Positions 1 to 7,762 of a stretch of 40,596 bases of DNA are shown piece by piece (the first letter of the stretch is position 1; each line of letters starts with the position of its first letter). The notes under the pieces were generated by a model. It was not told the origin of the DNA. It worked only from the letters and a program-made list of their open reading frames with translations, and searched no databases. A program made the translations under genes and the position numbers. Source of the DNA: Candidatus Eiseniibacteriota bacterium (GTDB lineage Bacteria > Eisenbacteria > RBG-16-71-46 > SZUA-252); contig JAYUAE010000201.1 of NCBI GenBank assembly GCA_043741515.1, forward strand, positions 1 through 40,596, written 5' to 3'.

Positions 1-2
1 AG

Positions 3-149
3 TTCAAGCGCCCCGCGGCGCGGCCAACGAATTCCGTGCTGGCCGGCGACCGCTTCCGCTCGCTGACCGGGGAGTCGCTGCCCACGTGGGAGGACGCCGT
101 CCACGACTACCTCGGGCGCAGGTCGGCGCGGAAGGGCGCGGCCGCTTGA
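3..149 (+). CDS. 3' end of a dTDP-4-dehydrorhamnose reductase-like (RmlD family) gene, truncated by the window edge
   Basis: My own frame-3 translation gives FKRPAARPTNSVLAGDRFRSLTGESLPTWEDAVHDYLGRR..* with TGA at 147-149. The RPxNSxL...LPxW pattern is the typical RmlD C-terminus. Not in the ORF track because it is too short and partial. Confidence 0.5.
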   Translation, partial: FKRPAARPTNSVLAGDRFRSLTGESLPTWEDAVHDYLGRRSARKGAAA

Positions 150-817
150 GCCCGCGACCCGCGAAACGCGCCCCGAAGATCCGCCGCGCCCCGAAGGCGC
201 GAGTTTCCCCCGCGTCGAAACGCATCCGCCGCACGTTCGCCGAGTGCGCGGCCACCCTGATCGCGGTCTTCTCGCGCGAGCTCGACGGGATCGAGCGCAT
301 GGCATTCCTCTTCGGCGACACGATCGCGCGCGGGCGCACGATCTTCTTCTGCGGCAACGGCGGGAGCGCGGCCGAGGCGCAGCATCTCGCGACCGAGCTG
401 GTCGTGCGGTTCGTGCGGGAGCGGCGCGCGCTGCCGGCGCTCGCGCTCACCACCGACGGCTCGCTGCTCACGGCGGCCGGGAACGACTACGGATTCACGC
501 GCGTGTTCGCGCGCCAGATCGAGGCGCTCGGCCGCCGCGGAGATCTCCTGGTCGCCATGACGACGAGCGGCCGGTCGCCGAACGTCCTCGAGGCGGTCCG
601 GGCCGCGCGCGCGCGGGGCCTCCGCGTGGCCGGGATGACGGGGGAGCAGGGCAAGGCCTTCGCGCGGCGCTGCGACGCGGCGCTGGTGGTACCCTCGCGC
701 GAGACGGCACGGATCCAGGAGGCGCACCTCCTCGTGGGGCACATCTGCTGCGAGCGCGCCGAGGAGATCGCCTCCCGGCCGCCCGCGCGCGCGCGAAGGA
801 GAAAGCGCCGCGCATGA
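146..817 (+). CDS. gmhA: Phosphoheptose isomerase / SIS-domain protein (GmhA/DiaA family)
   Basis: FFCGNGGSAAEAQHLATELVVRF, LALTTDGSLLTAAGNDYG and AMTTSGRSPNVLEAV are SIS/GmhA signatures. The start is uncertain. TTG at 146 overlaps the upstream TGA (cTTGA); GTG at 86 is the alternative. The nearest ATG (299) would remove conserved N-terminal residues. Confidence 0.8.
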   Translation: MSPRPAKRAPKIRRAPKARVSPASKRIRRTFAECAATLIAVFSRELDGIERMAFLFGDTIARGRTIFFCGNGGSAAEAQHLATELVVRFVRERRALPALALTTDGSLLTAAGNDYGFTRVFARQIEALGRRGDLLVAMTTSGRSPNVLEAVRAARARGLRVAGMTGEQGKAFARRCDAALVVPSRETARIQEAHLLVGHICCERAEEIASRPPARARRRKRRA

Positions 818-1719
818 TCCGCAATGTAATCGTGTCCATGCGGATCTACCAGTGGACCAAGAACCTCGTCCTCTTCGCGGGGATCATCTTCACCCTCAGG
901 TTCCTGGATCCGCAGTACGTGGGGGACGGGGTCCTCGGATTCTTCCTCTTTTCCCTCGCGGTCTCGGGTATGTACATCCTGAACGACATCCTGGACATCG
1001 AGCGCGACCGACTCCACGCCACCAAGCGCGAGCGCCCCATCGCGGCGGGGAAGCTGCCGGTCGGAGCGGCGGCCGCCTGGGCCGCGGTCTTCCTGGCTAC
1101 GGGAATCGGAGGTGCGCTCTTCCTCGGCGCTCGCTTCGGATGCACCGTGGGGGCGTACGTCGTGCTCACGCTCCTCTACTCGCTCTTCTTCAAGCACGTG
1201 GTGCTGCTCGACGTGGTGATGATCGCGCTCGGGTTCGTGCTGCGCGCCACGGCGGGAGTCGAGCTGATCCGGGACCGCGCGATCCGCTACGGCCAGGAGG
1301 TGATCCTTTCCCCGTGGCTCCTCGTTTGCGCGTTCTTCCTCGCGCTCTTTCTGGCGATCGGGAAGCGCCGGCACGAGCTCGCCACGCTCGAGGGGGACGC
1401 CGTGAGGCATCGCGCGGCGCTCGGCGCCTACACGCCGCGGCTCCTGGACCAGCTCGTCGCCGTCGTGACCAGCGCGACGTTGCTTGCGTACTCCGTGTAC
1501 ACGATCGCTCCGGAGACGATCGAGAAGTTCGGCGGCCGGCCGCTTTACCTCACCATCCCGTTCGTGCTCTACGGCATCTTCCGCTATCTCTACCTCATGT
1601 ACGCCGAGGAGAAGGGCGGCAATCCCTCCGAACATCTCTACCGCGACCGGCCCACGCTCGTGAACGTGATTCTCTGGGGCGTCGCCGTGCTCGCCATCCT
1701 CTACTGGCCCGCGAGCTGA
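814..1719 (+). CDS. UbiA-family prenyltransferase, decaprenyl-phosphate phosphoribosyltransferase-like
   Basis: Polytopic membrane protein with YQWTKNLVLFAG and the NDILDIERDRLHATKRERPIAAG Asp-rich motif. ATG at 814 overlaps the gmhA stop (ATGA). Confidence 0.8.
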   Translation: MIRNVIVSMRIYQWTKNLVLFAGIIFTLRFLDPQYVGDGVLGFFLFSLAVSGMYILNDILDIERDRLHATKRERPIAAGKLPVGAAAAWAAVFLATGIGGALFLGARFGCTVGAYVVLTLLYSLFFKHVVLLDVVMIALGFVLRATAGVELIRDRAIRYGQEVILSPWLLVCAFFLALFLAIGKRRHELATLEGDAVRHRAALGAYTPRLLDQLVAVVTSATLLAYSVYTIAPETIEKFGGRPLYLTIPFVLYGIFRYLYLMYAEEKGGNPSEHLYRDRPTLVNVILWGVAVLAILYWPAS

Positions 1720-1722
1720 GCC

Positions 1723-2613
1723 GTGGCGGCCCCGCGCGCGTTCCGGGTCCGCTGTCCCGCGAAGATCAACCTCGGTCTGTGGATCCTGGGGCGCCGCCCG
1801 GATGGGTATCACGAGATCGACACCGTCGTGCAGTCGGTCGCGCTGGAGGATGATCTTCTTCTCGAGGAAGCCCGCGAGGGGATTACGCTCGATGCGCGCG
1901 GCGTGCCGATTCCAGGCGACGGTCCCAACATTGTCGAGAGGGCCTGGACCCTCCTCGCCGAGAGCCGGACACCAGTGCGCGGAGTGCGCGTACGGCTCAC
2001 CAAGCGAATCCCGGTCGCTGCCGGTCTCGGGGGCGGAAGCAGCGACGCCGCGGGATTTCTTCTCGGCGCCAATCAATTGCTGGGGCTCGATCTTCCGGAA
2101 GACGAGATTCAGGACATCGCGGCGCGGCTTGGATCGGACGTTCCATTTTTTCTCAAGGGCGGAACGGCTCGAGCCACAGGGCGGGGCGAGCAGGTGAGAC
2201 ATCTATGTCCCGCTCCGCCCGCATGGGTCGTGCTTGCGACGCCACCTCTCGCCATTTCAACGACTTGGGCCTACGAAAGGGCCACAATTCCATTGACACG
2301 CGGGATCCGCGACGCTAGTATTCTGGCCGCAGCGATTGCGTCCCATGAATGGCGCACGATCGCGCTGCATCTTCACAACGATTTCGAGGACGTTGTCCTT
2401 CCTGAGTTCGAGATGGTGGCAAGGCTCAGACACGCGGTCGGCGCGAGCGGCGTTCTGGGATCCCTTCTGTCCGGTAGTGGTTCCACGGTTTTCGGGCTCG
2501 CATGTACGCGGGACGAGGCGCAATCGGCGGCGAATGCGGCAGCCGCCCTGGGCGCACGAGTCCACGTCGTGCGTACCACCGAACGAGGCGTTGTGCTGGC
2601 GAGGCTGTCCTAG
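1723..2613 (+). CDS. ispE: 4-diphosphocytidyl-2-C-methyl-D-erythritol kinase
   Basis: PAKINLGLWILGRRPDGYHEIDTV and KRIPVAAGLGGGSSDAAG are GHMP kinase/IspE motifs. Confidence 0.9.
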   Translation: MAAPRAFRVRCPAKINLGLWILGRRPDGYHEIDTVVQSVALEDDLLLEEAREGITLDARGVPIPGDGPNIVERAWTLLAESRTPVRGVRVRLTKRIPVAAGLGGGSSDAAGFLLGANQLLGLDLPEDEIQDIAARLGSDVPFFLKGGTARATGRGEQVRHLCPAPPAWVVLATPPLAISTTWAYERATIPLTRGIRDASILAAAIASHEWRTIALHLHNDFEDVVLPEFEMVARLRHAVGASGVLGSLLSGSGSTVFGLACTRDEAQSAANAAAALGARVHVVRTTERGVVLARLS

Positions 2614-2723
2614 GAGGACGGCCTTTCAGGCGGCTTGGGTTCGGGGGGTGCGGTGGGTCGGATCCAGCAATGGATCCCTGGGACTTCGATGGAACGAGGT
2701 CCGGAACTCGAGGCGGTGAAGGA

Positions 2724-3014
2724 ATGACGCTCGAAATCACCGAGGTCCGTATTTCCCTGCGGGACGACGACAAGTTGAAGGCGTTCGCGAGCATGACCTT
2801 CAACGACGCCTTCGTCATTCGAGGGCTCAAGATCATCGAGGGGACGAACGGCATGTTCGTAGCCATGCCGAGCCGGAAGCGTCCCGATGGGACGTACCAG
2901 GACGTGGCGCATCCCATCAACAACGAGACTCGGAAATTCATCGAGGATCGGATTCTCATGGAGTACGAAAAGGAGCGGCTCAAGCAACCGTCCCTCCTCG
3001 TCACGGGCACGTAA
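2724..3014 (+). CDS. spoVG: Septation/regulatory protein SpoVG
   Basis: MTLEITEVRISLRDDDKLKAFASMTFNDAFVIRGLKIIEGTNGMFVAMPSRKRPDGTYQDVAHPIN is canonical SpoVG. ATG at 2724 is preceded by GAAGGA. Confidence 0.9.
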   Translation: MTLEITEVRISLRDDDKLKAFASMTFNDAFVIRGLKIIEGTNGMFVAMPSRKRPDGTYQDVAHPINNETRKFIEDRILMEYEKERLKQPSLLVTGT

Positions 3015-3023
3015 GGGACGTGT

Positions 3024-3098
3024 TGGGGCGTCGGCAAGTGGTAAGCCAGGAGACTTTGGATCTCCCATCCGGAGGTTCGAATCCTCCCGCCCCAACCA
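3024..3098 (+). tRNA. tRNA-Gln, anticodon UUG, with encoded CCA
   Basis: Hand-folded cloverleaf. Acceptor TGGGGCG/CGCCCCA with a U1-A72 pair. D arm GGC-AAGTGGTAA-GCC. Anticodon arm GGAGA-CTTTGGA-TCTCC. Variable loop CATCC. T arm GGAGG-TTCGAAT-CCTCC. Discriminator A followed by CCA. Aligns position for position with E. coli tRNA-Gln. Confidence 0.9.
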
Positions 3099-3247
3099 CT
3101 TTTTCGCGCTCGTCCCGCGTCCGGATGCGTTAAGATAGCCTTCGCTGCGAAGTCTGCGGCGTGTTCGTCGAACCCAAGACAATTGACCTCGATCGCCGGG
3201 CCCCGGAGCTTCGTGCTCCGGCCCATCGAGCGCCTTGCGGCGCGTCG

Positions 3248-3288
3248 GGCCCGATTGACGAAGCCGTCAATCGGCCTTGGGTTTTTTC
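3248..3288 (+). terminator. Rho-independent terminator-like hairpin plus T-run, between tRNA-Gln and prs
   Basis: CCGATTGAC (3251-3259) pairs perfectly with GTCAATCGG (3266-3274) around a 6-nt loop. It is followed by CCTTGGGTTTTTTC, with the T-run at 3282-3287. Confidence 0.5.
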
Positions 3289-3318
3289 ATTGGTGACCGA
3301 ATTTCCCGGAGGGGGACG

Positions 3319-4332
3319 ATGACGGTGAAGCTCGCTACGGATCGGCGTCTCGCCACGGCGCCAGGACAGCTGCCCGAAACGCCGCGCCGGCGCGCATCGG
3401 AGACCCGGCTGCGCCTCTTCTCCGGAAACGCCAACCGTCCGTTGGCCGAATCCATCTGCGAATACCTCGGCACCGAGCTGGGGGACGCCACCGTCAGTCA
3501 ATTCGCGGACGGAGAGACGTCGGTCAAGATCAACGAGAACATCCGGGGCTCGGACATCTTCGTGTTCCAGCCGACCTTCGCGCCGGCGAACAATCTCATG
3601 GAGCTGCTCGTGATGATCGACGCCGCGAGGCGGGCCTCGGCCGGCCGCGTGACGGCGGTCATCCCGTACTTCGGCTACCAGAGGCAGGACCGGAAGGATC
3701 AGCCCCGCGTGCCGATCACCGCGAAGCTGGTCGCGAATCTCATCACCACCGCGGGCGCCGACCGCGTGATGACGATGGATCTGCACTCGGCGCAGATCCA
3801 GGGGTTCTTCGACATCCCGTTCGATCACCTGTACGCGGCGCCGGTCCTCGTGGATCACTTCGTCCATCTCAACGTCCAGAACCTGATCGTGGTGGCGCCC
3901 GACATCGGCAGCGTGAAGATGGCGCGCGCCTACGCGAAGCGCCTGGGCGTCGGGCTCGCCATCGTGGACAAACGCCGTCCGCGCCCGGACGCGGTCGAGA
4001 TGATGAACGTCATCGGCGAGGTCGATGGCAAGAACGTGGTGATCTTCGACGACGTCGTGAGCACCGGATCCACCCTTGTCGAGGCCGCGGATGCCCTGAA
4101 GCGCGCGGGAGCGCGCGATATCTACGCGGGCTGCACGCACGGCATCCTGTGCGGGGACGCCGTCGAGCGCATCCGGCGCTCCTCGGTGCGCGAGCTGGTC
4201 GTGACGGACAGCATTCCGCACGATCCGTTGAAGCTCGGCCCCACGATCAAGATGCTCACCGTCGCGGGCCTCCTGGGGGAGGCGATTCGCCGCATTCATG
4301 ACGAGGAATCTCTGAGCTCATTGTTCATCTGA
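3319..4332 (+). CDS. prs: Ribose-phosphate pyrophosphokinase (PRPP synthetase)
   Basis: LRLFSGNANRPLAESICEYLG, QFADGETSVKINENIRGSDIFVFQ, YFGYQRQDRK and DLHSAQIQGFFDIPFDHL. ATG at 3319 follows GGAGGGGGA. Confidence 0.92.
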   Translation: MTVKLATDRRLATAPGQLPETPRRRASETRLRLFSGNANRPLAESICEYLGTELGDATVSQFADGETSVKINENIRGSDIFVFQPTFAPANNLMELLVMIDAARRASAGRVTAVIPYFGYQRQDRKDQPRVPITAKLVANLITTAGADRVMTMDLHSAQIQGFFDIPFDHLYAAPVLVDHFVHLNVQNLIVVAPDIGSVKMARAYAKRLGVGLAIVDKRRPRPDAVEMMNVIGEVDGKNVVIFDDVVSTGSTLVEAADALKRAGARDIYAGCTHGILCGDAVERIRRSSVRELVVTDSIPHDPLKLGPTIKMLTVAGLLGEAIRRIHDEESLSSLFI

Positions 4333-4366
4333 CGAGAACCCGTACCAGCAAGGAAGGAGTCGCATC

Positions 4367-5077
4367 ATGGCCATCGTTTCCCTGGAAGCCGCCGCCCGCG
4401 CCGATGTCGGCAAGGGCGTGGCCCGGAAGCTGCGCGCCGGCGGGCGCATCCCCGGCGTCTATTACGGACGCGGGGAGGAGTCGATCCCGCTCACGGTCGC
4501 GCTCAAAGATCTGGAATCGGTGCTCGAGTCCGCGGACGGAAGCAACGTCATCGTGGACCTGAAGCTCTCCGGCAGCGCGGCGAAGGACCGGAAGGCGCTG
4601 ATCCGCGAGATCCAGCGTCATCCGGTCGCGGGGCTGGTCCTCCATCTGGACCTCCAGCACATCTCCCTCACGGAGCGCATCACGGTCGAGGTTCCGATCG
4701 TGCTGCTCGGCGTGCCGACCGGCGTCAAGGACGGCGGCGGGATTCTGGAGCACCTGCTGCGCGAGGTGGAGGTGGAGTGTCTGCCGACCGACATTCCGGC
4801 GAAGCTCGAGATCGACGTGAGCGCGCTTCAGATCGGCGACTCGCTCCACGTCAGCGACCTCAAGGTCGAGCGGGGCGAGATCCTGACGGAAGCCGGCCGC
4901 GCGATCGCGGCGGTCGTCCCGCCGACGGTGCTCGAGGAAGTGAAGCCGGCGGAAGAGGCGGGGGTCGCGGAGCCGGAAGTGATCGGCGCGAAGAAGGACG
5001 AGGAGGCGGAGGAAGGAGCGAAGGAAGGCGGCAAGAAGGAAGGCAAGCAGTCGGGCAAAGAGGGCAAGCAAGGTTAA
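4367..5077 (+). CDS. rplY: 50S ribosomal protein L25 / general stress protein Ctc, long form with a Lys/Glu-rich tail
   Basis: GKGVARKLRAGGRIPGVYYGRGEESIPLTV and the following beta-barrel region are typical of L25/Ctc. AAGGAAGGAG RBS upstream. Confidence 0.9.
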   Translation: MAIVSLEAAARADVGKGVARKLRAGGRIPGVYYGRGEESIPLTVALKDLESVLESADGSNVIVDLKLSGSAAKDRKALIREIQRHPVAGLVLHLDLQHISLTERITVEVPIVLLGVPTGVKDGGGILEHLLREVEVECLPTDIPAKLEIDVSALQIGDSLHVSDLKVERGEILTEAGRAIAAVVPPTVLEEVKPAEEAGVAEPEVIGAKKDEEAEEGAKEGGKKEGKQSGKEGKQG

Positions 5078-5087
5078 CGAGCCCAAG

Positions 5088-5666
5088 GTGGTCCTGGGTC
5101 TCGGCAATCCGGGCTCCGACTACGACGGGACGCGTCACAACGCCGGCTTCATGGCGGTGGACCTCCTGACGGCCAAGCTCGGAAGATTCACCGGATGGCG
5201 GCGCGAGGGAATCCTCCTGCGCGGGGAGGGGCGCGCCGGCCGGCACCAGGTCGCCGTGATCAAGCCGCAGACCTACATGAACCGGAGCGGCGAGGCCTTC
5301 CGCGAGCTGATCCGGGAAGGGCGGATCGCGGCGGAGATTCTGGTCGCGCTCGACGACGTGTACCTCCCGCTGGGCTCGGTCCGCATGCGCGCCTCGGGAG
5401 GAACGGGCGGACATCAGGGGCTGGAGTCGATCCGGGCCGCGGTGGGCACGGACGAGTTTCCCAGGCTCCGGATCGGGGTCGGTCCGGCGCCGCGCTCGGC
5501 GGACCTTCCGGAGTATGTGCTCGGCCGGTTTGGCGAGGAAGAACGCGCAAAGCTGCCCGATGCGCTCGAGGGAGCGGCGAGCGCTCTGTTCGACGCGGCA
5601 TCGTCGGGTTTGACGCAGGCCATGAACCGTTGGAATCGATTCGGACTGGACCCGGTTGAGGAGTGA
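5088..5666 (+). CDS. pth: Peptidyl-tRNA hydrolase
   Basis: VLGLGNPGSDYDGTRHNAGF, KPQTYMNRSGEA and the GHQGLESI region. GTG start. Confidence 0.9.
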   Translation: MVLGLGNPGSDYDGTRHNAGFMAVDLLTAKLGRFTGWRREGILLRGEGRAGRHQVAVIKPQTYMNRSGEAFRELIREGRIAAEILVALDDVYLPLGSVRMRASGGTGGHQGLESIRAAVGTDEFPRLRIGVGPAPRSADLPEYVLGRFGEEERAKLPDALEGAASALFDAASSGLTQAMNRWNRFGLDPVEE

Positions 5667-5673
5667 GACCTAC

Positions 5674-6066
5674 ATGAAGACGTACGAGACGACGATCATT
5701 TTCGATCCCGGCCTCGAGGAGGCCCGCATCAACGAAGAGGTGGATCGCGTGTCCCAGGGGATCTCGGCCGCGGCGGGCGAGATCATCGAGGTGCAGCGCT
5801 GGGGCAAGCGGAAGCTCGCCTACAACATTCGCAAGCGCCGTGACGGGACCTACATCCACATCAAGCACAAGAGCCCGCCCGAGCTGATCGGGGAGATGGA
5901 CCGGCGGTTCCGTCTGAACGAGAGTGTGCTCCGCCATCTGACCGTGCTCGCGGTGAAGGAATCGCCGCGCGCTGCCGAAGAGGCGGCACGGGCGGCCGAA
6001 ACGGCCGCGGCCGGTTTGGCGGCGCCTGGAGCAGCTCACACAGCAATCAACGAGGAGAAGGTTTGA
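5674..6066 (+). CDS. rpsF: 30S ribosomal protein S6
   Basis: [12 protein letters not shown]...[28 protein letters not shown] at 5674 follows GAGGAG. Confidence 0.9.
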   Translation: MKTYETTIIFDPGLEEARINEEVDRVSQGISAAAGEIIEVQRWGKRKLAYNIRKRRDGTYIHIKHKSPPELIGEMDRRFRLNESVLRHLTVLAVKESPRAAEEAARAAETAAAGLAAPGAAHTAINEEKV

Positions 6067-6308
6067 TGGCACGCGAAGGCGAATCGAGATCGTTCCGGCG
6101 CAAGTTCTGCAAGCTCTGCTTCGACAAGGTGGAGCGCATCGATTACAAGGACGACAGAAGGCTCACCCGGTTCATCACGGATCGCGGGAAGATCGTGCCG
6201 CGCCGGATCTCCGGAACGTGCGCGCGGCATCAGTCCCAGATCACGGAGGCCGTCAAGCGCGCTCGAATTCTTGCATTATTGCCGTTCACCAGTGAGCAGT
6301 ATCGCTGA
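6066..6308 (+). CDS. rpsR: 30S ribosomal protein S18
   Basis: [67 protein letters not shown] overlaps the rpsF stop (TGATG). No ssb or priB lies between rpsF and rpsR. Confidence 0.9.
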   Translation: MAREGESRSFRRKFCKLCFDKVERIDYKDDRRLTRFITDRGKIVPRRISGTCARHQSQITEAVKRARILALLPFTSEQYR

Positions 6309-7290
6309 GCAGCCCGGCCGGACGCTCTCGCTCGGAAACTCCTTCCGGGCGCTGGGAGCGATCCTGGTCGGCGCCCTTCTCATCGCAGCGGCCAATACGG
6401 ACATCCCGTCGCCCTTGCCCTGGGCGTTCGGACTGCTGCCCGTCGCGCTCCTCTGGCTCGCCCGGAAGGTGGGGCTTCTCCTGGGGTCGCTTGCCGCGGC
6501 CTCGACCCTGGGCGCGCTCTACGCGTCCGGAATCCACGAGGCGCACCAGCTCGTGTTCATCGGCGTGCTCGCGGCGTCGGGGCTTCTGCTCGCCGCATGT
6601 TCCCGGCGCCGGATGCCCGCCTCGGTCACCGCGAGCCTGGCGGCCGCGCTCGTCCTCGCGGTTGCGGGCGGCTACCTGCTCGCGGGCGGCATGGATGAAC
6701 TGACGCGGATGCTCGCGGCCCGGATTGACGAGCTGAGGAGGCTCGAGACCGAGCACCGGCTCTCCCAGTCGCTCGGGCTCTCCTCCCTCGAGTTCAACCG
6801 GGCGCTCGATCAGACCGGCCGGCTGTGGGCGCTCCTCCTGCCGTCCCTCTTCGCCCTCAAGTGGATCGTCGTGATCGCCACGAACTGCTGGCTGGCGTCG
6901 GTCCTCTTCCAGGAGGAAGAGGGAGGATTCCCGGCGTTCTCCGAATTCTCGGTGTGGCGCGTCCACCCCGTGGGAGCCTGGGTGCTGGCGCTCGCGCTCG
7001 CGCTGATGGTCACGCGATGGAAGCCGGCGTTCGAGGCGGGGGTGAACCTGGCCTTCCCGCTCCTGCTGGCCTATGCGATCCAGGGCTTCGCCGTGGCGCG
7101 GTACGTCGCGCAGGCGTTTCACATCCGCGCCCTCGTGCAGGGCGCGGTGCTCGTGCTTCTCGTGCTCATGCCGATCCTCGTCACCACGGTGGTGGCGATC
7201 GGCTTGCTGGATGTCTGGTACGACTTTCGACTCAGGGCCACGCCCGACACGGGCTCGCCGCTCGGCGGCGGACGCGGCACCGACGACTAG
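6271..7290 (+). CDS. Polytopic membrane protein, DUF2232/YybS-like by position and topology
   Basis: Multiple hydrophobic helices with no catalytic motifs. It occupies the slot upstream of rplI that YybS occupies in Firmicutes. The start is uncertain: the TTG at 6271 lies inside rpsR, and there is no canonical ATG soon after 6308. Confidence 0.55.
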   Translation: MHYCRSPVSSIAEQPGRTLSLGNSFRALGAILVGALLIAAANTDIPSPLPWAFGLLPVALLWLARKVGLLLGSLAAASTLGALYASGIHEAHQLVFIGVLAASGLLLAACSRRRMPASVTASLAAALVLAVAGGYLLAGGMDELTRMLAARIDELRRLETEHRLSQSLGLSSLEFNRALDQTGRLWALLLPSLFALKWIVVIATNCWLASVLFQEEEGGFPAFSEFSVWRVHPVGAWVLALALALMVTRWKPAFEAGVNLAFPLLLAYAIQGFAVARYVAQAFHIRALVQGAVLVLLVLMPILVTTVVAIGLLDVWYDFRLRATPDTGSPLGGGRGTDD

Positions 7291-7298
7291 GAGGCTCG

Positions 7299-7742
7299 AT
7301 GGAGATCATTCTTCTGGAGGATATCGGCGGCTTGGGAAAACGCGGGTCGGCCGTGCGCGTGGCGGACGGCTACGCCCGCAATTTCCTCATCCCGCGCAAG
7401 AAGGCGATCGAGGCCGTGGGGAACGCGCGCGCGGTGTTCAAGGACCGCGAGCGAGCCCGCGTGGCGCTCGAGACGAAGCAGCGGCAGGCGGCGGAGGGGC
7501 TTCGCGACCAGCTGTCGAAGCTCTCGCTCCAGTTCAGCGTGGAGGCGGGCGAGGAAGACCAGCTGTACGGATCGGTGAGCGCCCACGAGATCCAGGATGC
7601 GCTGGCGGCGAAGGGGTACACGGTCGAGCGCAAGAACGTGCGTTTGGCGGAGCCGATCAAGGCGCTCGGGGTATTCGAAGTACCCATCCACCTGTTCGAC
7701 GAGATCGACGCCCCGGTCAAAGTGTGGGTCGTGCGCAAATGA
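7299..7742 (+). CDS. rplI: 50S ribosomal protein L9
   Basis: MEIILLEDIGGLGKRGSAVRVADGYARNFLIPRKKA. ATG at 7299 follows AGGAGG. Confidence 0.9.
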   Translation: MEIILLEDIGGLGKRGSAVRVADGYARNFLIPRKKAIEAVGNARAVFKDRERARVALETKQRQAAEGLRDQLSKLSLQFSVEAGEEDQLYGSVSAHEIQDALAAKGYTVERKNVRLAEPIKALGVFEVPIHLFDEIDAPVKVWVVRK

Positions 7743-7762
7743 GAGGACGGTTCATCCATCCG

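Noticed and set aside
487-2202. 571-aa - strand ORF, and other long alternative-frame ORFs (for example 244-1719 upstream part, 852-1853, 3130-4299, 8860-10086, 11599-13020, 28564-30096, 30561-31931, 31765-33156, 34591-35889)
   Set aside because: All overlap confidently identified + strand genes, and all have compositionally biased, motif-free translations. They are GC-driven artefacts.
4960-5077. GAAGGA/GGCAAG-rich repeats at the 3' end of ctc
   Set aside because: They encode the Lys/Glu/Gly-rich C-terminal tail of L25/Ctc. This is compositional, with no independent repeat structure.
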